Shown: one piece after another, positions 57,801 through 64,000 of the stretch
Position numbering within the stretch: position 1 is the stretch's first letter
Layout: every line of letters starts with the position of its first letter
DNA from: Deltaproteobacteria bacterium TL4
GTDB taxonomy: Bacteria > SAR324 > NAC60-12
Direction of reading: 5' to 3'
Assembly: GCA_051382335.1 (NCBI GenBank)
Contig: JBBCAX010000121.1
Span: 1 to 64,000 of the forward strand
Length of the DNA stretch: 64,000 nt
Translations under genes and position numbers: made by a program
The notes under the pieces: generated by a model
What the model saw: only the letters and a program-made list of their open reading frames with translations
Told to the model about the DNA's origin: nothing
Databases searched by the model: none

Positions 57801-59237
57801 GGTGTGCTGGATTTGGAAGGTGAAAACATGGAGTTGGTGATTGATCAGTTCCGTACACCACAAGCCTCAGGAAAACTCACATTCACGGCTCATCATTCGC
57901 ATCAGGAATTTAATGCTAAATTGACCATACTTGATATTGTGGGAGTGATCAATGGAGCACGTTATGTCGATTGGGGGCACTGGTTAAATTCAACTTTTGA
58001 CGGCCCTCTTCCTGAAGCAACAGCCTCTCTGCCTCTAAATTTTAAGCTGGACGCTTCTAAAACCTATTTTGGCTTCGATCCTGTTTCGTTCCATGTGGTA
58101 GGAAAAATGGAGCAGGAGGGTGAAAATACGGTGTTACTACTGAATCACCTGGAATGGGATAAGCAGTCCGGAGCCCTCCGAATCACACAAGTGGGAAAAC
58201 AAACTCAGGTTTCAGGAAATTTTAAATATCTAAACTTGGCACAATGGCGAGAGTTGTCAGACTCTTTGGAAACACCGGAAGAGATAGAAGCCAAAACTGT
58301 GGAAGAAAAGCGTTTGCAAAAAAGCACGCCTCCCTTTAGCATCTCTTTGCCTGAATTTAATATTAAATTAGACCTAAGTGCGGACCGTCTTAAATTTTTG
58401 GAAAGTACCTTCAATGACTTTAAGCTGAAAGCTGAAATTTCACCGGATAAATATAAAATTTCGCGAGTTATTTGGAGGAAAAAACGAGACCCCGCCTTCA
58501 GTTTAGTAGGCTATTTGAAACGGCAGCCTAACAACCATTGGGTTGGCAAAGCAAGTATGGATGTTTTTGATTTAGGAGATTTACTTAGTATTTTAGCAAA
58601 ACAAGGAGAAGAACTGCAGGACAAGTTTCCTCTTGAACTTGGAAAAACCCACTTTCAAGCGGATTTAGACCTGGTTCCTATCTCAGAAAATCTTTGGCTC
58701 CCTCATGCAAAAATTTTGGGAGAGTCGTATGACGGGATTATAGCGAAAGGGGGGTCTCTGCTTTTTTTGGTCACAACATTGTCGATACAAAGTTATTTTA
58801 AAGCGGTGCAAGGTGAATTGAGTGGCTTTGAAGGGAAAGGTTATGTTTACAATTCATTGAATGTTGATGTTCAGATGAAGGGGGGACGTTTTGAGGTTTT
58901 TGACCTGAGTATCAAGAGTCCAACCATGAATATTGTCGCCTCAGGGATCATTGATGCGAATGAATCCACCCAAGAACTATTACTCTGTCTGCAACCCTTT
59001 GAAACGTTAGATAAAGTTTTGGATCATATTCCTTTGTTAAACTATTTATTGCTGAATAAACGGGGTGCGTTTTACGAGTTTTGTTTTCAAACGAAGGGAG
59101 TTCTTGATCGACCTCTTATTTTTCCTCTTCCTCAATCCGTAATCCCGGGACGCCTTCGTGATTTTTTCTTATTTGATTATGAAGATGAACAAGAAGCGGA
59201 ACCACTGGATGAATTTGGAACCTCCGTTGCCCCTTAA
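54813..59237 (+). CDS. AsmA-like / YhdP-like large envelope protein (putative intermembrane lipid bridge)
   Basis: 1474 aa; N-terminal TM, long beta-rich body, C-terminal AsmA_2-like region (G..YN...G.ID....QPF.TLD..L..IP...G.L..P). Confidence 0.72.
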   Translation: MASNTLRKLTIAFIATVVTGAFALAVIVFGLTALTAWISKHPDEYLPLLTPFIKKHTGLNVRLGEFHVNTEALSALNIKARHIIVFSEDGVTPVLKLETLSFFCDASLFYKGRFVFDKVLVDALDLTLNFSEDGKILLGDIALVSATPSKSSGALNLIHIVLDQFNLVNAHVQVNFPKTWKIPTFNINDIQGNIYWTSLQKHFELKMAVEWGGDSGTLQASAKGDGERWNGVYQLKDFPLHQLVIPKVQGMFDEIPVKGLLGINGKMVSVDFLEWESHFDWNITQGQLLSSRFPKGQMPLETFKGKGDLMSSGGLSSFNIGVEPLAFPFGNFTLQSQLTLRPDQPPLITMRGKSSKWKIEKTIPYLTAFFPKSAAAWIRQQVHSGTITSLALTLDLNLKESYKTLDEILQFSVSGELSDVSLTPFEGIPVITKGAASFKADLAGLSMNFKTGQMPGVQIEGGTLKLGYGENTIPMHINAFGQGEGAQAWPEFRTMWNATLPWLNQLEFEGRINADFTLDTPDLSGPDSLDLVIKLQPLEAKAMFHLPKWTYQLTEIGGELLITLKHLQWTELKFRLDEISGTSNGIFPLDDREPLIKLQLLHLESLFPYYEDPDHEMSHWFPEKLNASLTVKQDNLANGQKGPWEFELLTEDSSQQQLQVNMEVEGDRFKITNANGDIGQFHLQGQLNLDQNKGKTVLQMGSLFHPNTSVSCQWENQSALIELETEKFIFEEWQSWKIPLNLTKLIPPSSNDSQSSDFSGSFFIKELQFNLNINQLYFFDQAHFPVVVTGFLNLEEPFHFNLSHFQIGSDQGNAQYTGNLQSGQLALNLTSLDVPYWLNKLAAQNKHPKPTNKNISESKIEAASDSENQGSPAKEFKVSLKIEKLKLPGNRPNSFESEIHLYFDEGTIEANIDPFRYGSQSLQAQVVYTDNLLDISLDNGKISVLPWLNLARAWPPSSSQSAPTASQPSLLKRIQLNIQIENLVVAETLKLPLYLTGVLDLEGENMELVIDQFRTPQASGKLTFTAHHSHQEFNAKLTILDIVGVINGARYVDWGHWLNSTFDGPLPEATASLPLNFKLDASKTYFGFDPVSFHVVGKMEQEGENTVLLLNHLEWDKQSGALRITQVGKQTQVSGNFKYLNLAQWRELSDSLETPEEIEAKTVEEKRLQKSTPPFSISLPEFNIKLDLSADRLKFLESTFNDFKLKAEISPDKYKISRVIWRKKRDPAFSLVGYLKRQPNNHWVGKASMDVFDLGDLLSILAKQGEELQDKFPLELGKTHFQADLDLVPISENLWLPHAKILGESYDGIIAKGGSLLFLVTTLSIQSYFKAVQGELSGFEGKGYVYNSLNVDVQMKGGRFEVFDLSIKSPTMNIVASGIIDANESTQELLLCLQPFETLDKVLDHIPLLNYLLLNKRGAFYEFCFQTKGVLDRPLIFPLPQSVIPGRLRDFFLFDYEDEQEAEPLDEFGTSVAP

Positions 59238-59279
59238 TTTCCTCGCGTAGTCCTTGGGTTGCTTAAGTTTGACAGCGTA

Positions 59280-60239
59280 TTACTCGCATTGTCCGAGTGA
59301 CGTCTCTGTGCATTTTCTGGCATCAATCCATGTTGCCCCGTCAAGAATTGCACCCGTAAATAGCGCGTTCTCAATTGAGGCGCCTTCCAGATCAACACCA
59401 TTCATAAACGCATAGCTGAAATCTGCGTTTTCCAAGCGTGTTGCCCTTAAGTCGGCCCCACTTAATTGCACCTGCTTTGATTTAAGGGTTCTCATATTCG
59501 CCCCTTTGAAGTCAACATTTCTTAAGTCCGAAAACTTGAACGAAGTCCCATTAAGAGACGCATATCGTAGACTACTATGACTTAAGTGAAGCTTCTCCAA
59601 TTTTTGTCCTCTTAAGTTGATGCCTTGTAAATCACAGGCTTCACAATCATCACTGATCAGGAGTTGTGGATAGGTGGACGTTTCACGGGCAGCAGGATCC
59701 ACCCTGTGAATAAAAAGCACCTCTTCAGCGACAGGATCTTTTCCGCTATGAATCAGAGACATGACATAAGAACTTGAAGAGAGCGAGTGTGTCTTGCAGT
59801 TTCCGTCATCTTGAATCTGGACCAAGGTCACATCTTGCGCATCATTCAACAGCATCTGATGCCCCTTGGGAGTCTGTGTTCTAAAGCAAAACTCAAGCAC
59901 GTATTCGGCGTTGGACTCCAATTGCAGGGTAAAAGGGATGGCATCTTTGCCTAACTCTCCGGTCAGGTTCGTAGACGTTGAAGATTGAGGATGTTCCAGG
60001 AACACAACAACCGTATTTTTGAACTGAACCGTCAATAGGGGATTTGCCGCAAATTCGGTTTCGCTATATCCGTGTTGTTCCACAACCTGATGGTCCTCAG
60101 AGGTAACTTTAGGCTCATAACAACCTGAGAGAACAACGACTACAATTTCTCCGAGGAGCAAAAAACACAAACTTCGGGTGTTCTCACGAAATTGATTTTT
60201 AGAAAAACTCCAACTCACCGGCTTCCACCATATTTTCAA
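59280..60239 (-). CDS. Pentapeptide-repeat lipoprotein
   Basis: Lipobox VLSG|C; C-terminal CEACDL...A[DN][LF]xx repeats...GATWID...C....GQC. Start uncertain. Confidence 0.8.
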   Translation of the reverse strand: MKIWWKPVSWSFSKNQFRENTRSLCFLLLGEIVVVVLSGCYEPKVTSEDHQVVEQHGYSETEFAANPLLTVQFKNTVVVFLEHPQSSTSTNLTGELGKDAIPFTLQLESNAEYVLEFCFRTQTPKGHQMLLNDAQDVTLVQIQDDGNCKTHSLSSSSYVMSLIHSGKDPVAEEVLFIHRVDPAARETSTYPQLLISDDCEACDLQGINLRGQKLEKLHLSHSSLRYASLNGTSFKFSDLRNVDFKGANMRTLKSKQVQLSGADLRATRLENADFSYAFMNGVDLEGASIENALFTGAILDGATWIDARKCTETSLGQCE

Positions 60240-61170
60240 CTTCCTGGTTTTCTGTAAAATCTTCTACATTCCAATACAAATGAAATGAAAATTTAAGATA
60301 CAAAGGAAAAGGCTCAAAAGACGGGTGCTCCTGGTTGTTATCTTCCACAACGAATTTAAAAGATAAAAGCGGATTCGTGGTACCAAAACTGATGTATTTT
60401 TCCGCATGGTTGATAGTCATGGGGACTTCAATAGCACTGGGTCGTCCTGTAAAGTTAAAAGGAACATACTTTGCTTTGAACCCTCCCCAAATCTGGTTCA
60501 TTAACTCTCTAAGTAAATCCTCTGTATATTTCGCTATTTTTCCATCATTTCTAGGGAATGAGGTTTTTCCGGCCAGAACAAGATTGTCAACGTCGGAACT
60601 GTTGGATTGTAACATCATCACCCCCTCACACCAACTACTGCGAACAGGCATCAATTCAATACGCTCGCCAAAAATACGTTTATCGGAGGCCAGAAAGGTA
60701 TTGAGTGTGCAGACATGGACATCATGAAAACGAGATTGAATCGCATCTACGACAATTTCTCTCAAATGTTCAACCAAGCCTTCCGGATAAATTCTGTCAA
60801 AAATATACTGCTGCAACATCTGACCCAAGGATTCAAAGTCATTGGTTTTATAAAATCGAACGCTAGCTCCAGGCTCTTGCTGAAGATACGCCTCTTGCCA
60901 TTCTGGATCATCACAGCGGATAAATAGCGGAATTTCAGGATAAGTATGAGTGATTTCACTGATGATTTTGCGTTTTGCCCCCTTAGGATCACAAAGCAAT
61001 ATTCCACCAATGTTGATATTTTGCTTTAAAGTTTTTATCAACTTGTTGATATGAGTCACCATTACCCCTTTCAAGTTGTATTGATGACAGAACGCTATCA
61101 ACCCTTCCCGATGAGTTTCATTGCACTCATAGGTTAATAATTTACTTTCAATGAATAATTGATCTCTCAT
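60199..61170 (-). CDS. CheX-family chemotaxis phosphatase with an N-terminal receiver-like domain
   Basis: IFGE...P..SSWC.G.MMLQ, ExxN motif ELMNQIWGGFK, VP...NH...YISFG, GELEFF end. Confidence 0.75.
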   Translation of the reverse strand: MRDQLFIESKLLTYECNETHREGLIAFCHQYNLKGVMVTHINKLIKTLKQNINIGGILLCDPKGAKRKIISEITHTYPEIPLFIRCDDPEWQEAYLQQEPGASVRFYKTNDFESLGQMLQQYIFDRIYPEGLVEHLREIVVDAIQSRFHDVHVCTLNTFLASDKRIFGERIELMPVRSSWCEGVMMLQSNSSDVDNLVLAGKTSFPRNDGKIAKYTEDLLRELMNQIWGGFKAKYVPFNFTGRPSAIEVPMTINHAEKYISFGTTNPLLSFKFVVEDNNQEHPSFEPFPLYLKFSFHLYWNVEDFTENQEVENMVEAGELEFF

Positions 61171-61424
61171 ATTCTATCCCCGGTTCTGATGTTTAATACT
61201 ACTACTTTGTTTGCATTCTTAATGCATATAGCCTATAAAAATATAAACGTCTATACTGTTTTTGAGGTTCGAGCCTATTTTCGTCTCTCAAATCATTCCC
61301 CTCAAAAGCATTGGACAACCTGCTTCAAAACGGTTTAAAACGGGGCCCCTATTTTTTGATGTTGGGATATGAAGAACAATTGGAATAGAAACGAAGGGGG
61401 GGGGGAATCTTGGGGAAAATACGT

Positions 61425-61895
61425 TTACTGATTAAGGCGTCTTTCAAGTGCAACGTCTACTTCTGATTGGATGTAGTCGGGATCTAAACCTAACAGGGGG
61501 CCAATTTCGTTGATATAATCTTCTTCAATAAAACTTAGTTCCTCTTCAATAACAACAAACTTTAACATGATTTTAAAAATACTTTGCCTTAATTCAAGGC
61601 TTAAGGCTGAGAGAATAGATAATTCTTCAACAAAAATATCGGGACTATACAAACCTTTTAAAAAGCGCCGAAACGCATCACCATGCTTTAAGGAAAACGG
61701 CTGCAAGGTTTCCTCAATAATCTTCCGCTCCTCATCGTCAATCACACCATCAATAGCAACAGCTTTTGACAAAACCTTGTAGAACCAGTTAATGATAATT
61801 TCTAGATTTGAATGAAGCCCGGAGTTTGCCTGAGCCTCAACATCAAGCTGAGAAAACATCTTTTCAATATCCTGACCCACATTATTTTTCAACAT
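61425..61895 (-). CDS. TerB-family (tellurite resistance-like) protein
   Basis: A..IDG.ID.EE...I and second EELS..EE..I.EI...LGL motif. Confidence 0.7.
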   Translation of the reverse strand: MLKNNVGQDIEKMFSQLDVEAQANSGLHSNLEIIINWFYKVLSKAVAIDGVIDDEERKIIEETLQPFSLKHGDAFRRFLKGLYSPDIFVEELSILSALSLELRQSIFKIMLKFVVIEEELSFIEEDYINEIGPLLGLDPDYIQSEVDVALERRLNQ

Positions 61896-61950
61896 AACTT
61901 CCCAATCCTATCGAAGATGAGTTTCTGTTTCCCTCTTTGACCTCATCCAA

Positions 61951-62425
61951 TCAGTTGGAAGAGGATAAACCCCGAGCTTCATACTCACAAAATTTAATCA
62001 AAAGCTGAGCATCTTTATGTTGTGTAAGGTAAGCTCGTGCAGCAAGAAAAATAGCCACTACTGAAATCAAAAGAGTCACATCATAAAAGGCTCCATGCCA
62101 AAGATAGTACCCCAGAAGTACACAGGCAAAAACAACGCCAACGACACTCAAATAGAGATAATTATCATAGGTGTTCTGGATTTTTTCTATTTTTAATCAT
62201 GTACTTAGAGAGACGCCTCATAATTGTCTCTAAAACCGGTAATTCACGGATATTTTTTATCCTTGTTTAACGGGCATTTACGGGCACCCCAAAATCTGGA
62301 TTTTAACCAACTGATTATAAATAATAAAAATCCCGAACACCTATGAGATAATTATTTACATTACGAATTTGTCGCTTCAAAAACTTTTCTTGCCGAAGCG
62401 TTAACTCTGTTTTGTATTCCAACAT
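61951..62425 (-). pseudogene. 94-aa two-TM membrane protein gene interrupted by a MITE
   Basis: Removing 62166-62345 plus one TSD restores MLEYKTELTLRQEKFLKRQIRNVNNYL-YLSVVGVVFAC... in frame. SD AGGA before ATG 62425. Confidence 0.8.
62166..62345. mobile_element. 180-bp IS4-like MITE
   Basis: TIR CATAGGTGTTC(T/G)GGATTTTT; 10-bp TSD AGATAATTAT (62156-62165 / 62346-62355). Confidence 0.9.
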
Positions 62426-62853
62426 AGTATTCCTAATCATAAAGAAATCAAAAATCAGTCATGCTACGCTCCACTGACTTTTTATCAAGGGGTGTGAGAT
62501 CCCTCAGTCAAGGATATGCGCGACATCTATTAAGATAACAATCATTGGCGACGATAACACTAATCGTCAGGTGAGTCAATTTTGAAGATAAAGATTAATG
62601 AATATTTATTTACTGAATTAAATAACGTGTTTGCCCGCTTCGCTTAGACAAACGGACAATCTCTTCTGAATAAAAGGATTCAGCGCAACAAGAGCCCGCT
62701 CCAGGAAAGCGAATCCGTAAAGCCTTACAGATCAACATGGAAAACGCCAAGGAGGATATTTTTGACTAAAGCCTAGGTCCTCCCCTTTGCGGTTAAAAGA
62801 GGAAGTTATAAAAGACGAATACTTCCTCTCTGTATTTTCTTAAGGTTTTGCTG

Positions 62854-63411
62854 CTATTTCTTAGTGGCTTCTGATGCCGGTTTAGCGGTCGGTTTAGCGG
62901 TCGGTTTAGCGGCTGGCTTTTTTTCTGGAGCTGGCGTTGCAACCTCTGCTGATTTTTCTGATGCAGCCTTTGAATCATCTTTCAAAGATGCAGGCAATAA
63001 AGAAGAAATTTTTTCCCCCAACTCTTCAAACTTCGCATCCAGTCGAGATTCAATTTCGGTAATGAAGTTTTTCGCACTTTTTTCAATCTCAGAGACATAT
63101 TTATTCACATTGAGTTTTTCTTCTAATTGAGTAGTCAATTTTTTAGTACTTTTTTCAAACTCAACGATATATTTTTTGGCATCAAGCTTTTCCTCAATTT
63201 GATTGGTCAATTTTTTAGTACTTTTCTCGAGCTCAGCAATATATTTTCTCACATCCAATTTTTCTTCCAATTGGGTAGCAAATCTCTTGGTGCTTTTTTC
63301 AATCTCATCAATGTACTTTTTTGTATCCAATTTTTCTTCAACTTGAGTTGCGATTCTTTCCGTAGCGTCTTTAAGCGAGTCCGCTATCTTTTTCGTATCT
63401 ATCTTTTTCAT
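62854..63411 (-). CDS. Amphipathic helical repeat protein (apolipoprotein/phasin-like) with AKP-rich tail
   Basis: Five 24-aa repeats (KKYIxEIEKSTKKxxTQLEEKLDx); C-terminal KKPAAKPTAKPTAKP; SD GAGG. Confidence 0.75.
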   Translation of the reverse strand: MKKIDTKKIADSLKDATERIATQVEEKLDTKKYIDEIEKSTKRFATQLEEKLDVRKYIAELEKSTKKLTNQIEEKLDAKKYIVEFEKSTKKLTTQLEEKLNVNKYVSEIEKSAKNFITEIESRLDAKFEELGEKISSLLPASLKDDSKAASEKSAEVATPAPEKKPAAKPTAKPTAKPASEATKK

Positions 63412-63569
63412 GGGACCTCAATGAACTGTTGACAAATGGAGAGTTGTATTCAATTAAGAACAATTTCCAAACACACTACACTTTCCAATATCACAAAGTT
63501 TTAATGATTAACAGTACAAATTTTGCTAAATTAAAGGATATTTTCATTTTTTTCATTTTAAAAAAACTT

Positions 63570-63972
63570 CTATCCAGTAGATGGAGAAATCGAACGCTTC
63601 CACTTTGAGACGTGGAGCCGAGTGAATGCCGAGGGGGAGGAAATTTATAAAGGAAAGGAACTGTTTGAGCCTCCGCGGGGAGAGGAAAAGTATCGTACCC
63701 AAGGCTTCCGGGAAGTGGCACTGATCTATGGAAGTTGTGAGGATTCCTATCGCGAAACAACCGCCTTGATCAATTGGATACGCTATCAACTTGAAGACGG
63801 AACTCCGGAGCGAACACTCCGGGATAATACGGAAAAGGAGGGGCGACACCTTCAGGCCTACCTGGAGGAAAAAACCCATACGCTTTTAGAGCAATTTTTC
63901 CTGGCGTTCCCAACTCACGGTGATTCTGGACTGGTTTCACCTGGAGAATTAGCAATAAATTTTGATTTTTAA
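63570..63972 (+). pseudogene. Probable transposase fragment (ISLre2/ISKra4-like; family uncertain)
   Basis: Frame reads YPVDGEIERFHF...ELF....Y.T.GF.EVALIYG....SYR.T..LIN.IRYQ...TP.RTL....E.EG with no convincing start. Assignment is from memory only. Confidence 0.4.
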
Positions 63973-64000
63973 ATTGGAGGTTCCATCCATGGTGTCATTG

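Noticed and set aside
62870..63390. CRISPR-like periodic repeats
   Set aside because: The periodicity is in-frame coding repetition (72 nt and 12 nt) with no unique spacers, and no cas genes are in the window.

Overview
AT-rich bacterial chromosomal segment of mostly housekeeping, envelope and signalling genes. The gene mix looks deltaproteobacterial-like (possibly SAR324-type; inference only). Recognisable genes: bpt/ate, a short stand-alone ftsZ, deaD-type helicase, thiI, ygfZ, folD, secG-tpiA, a PAS-GGDEF/CheZ-like/chorismate mutase operon, bioA, a Ca2+ P-type ATPase, corA, a GluR0-like K+ channel, leuA with a leucine attenuator, ispH, an HPF-like gene and a large AsmA/YhdP-like gene. I found no rRNA, tRNA, CRISPR array or intact transposase. 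The intergenic DNA is full of small non-autonomous elements: MITEs of several TIR families, four of them with exact 8-10 bp target-site duplications, six different REP-like doublet families and a 5' fragment of a group II intron. Several MITEs carry a REP doublet as internal cargo, and some have disrupted or re-tailed genes. The most interesting leads are (1) REP-doublet-carrying MITEs, (2) a sphingosine-1-phosphate-lyase-like gene coupled to an FGGY kinase, (3) a CheZ-like protein with substituted catalytic residues beside a diguanylate cyclase, and (4) an FtsZ lacking its C-terminal anchor peptide.
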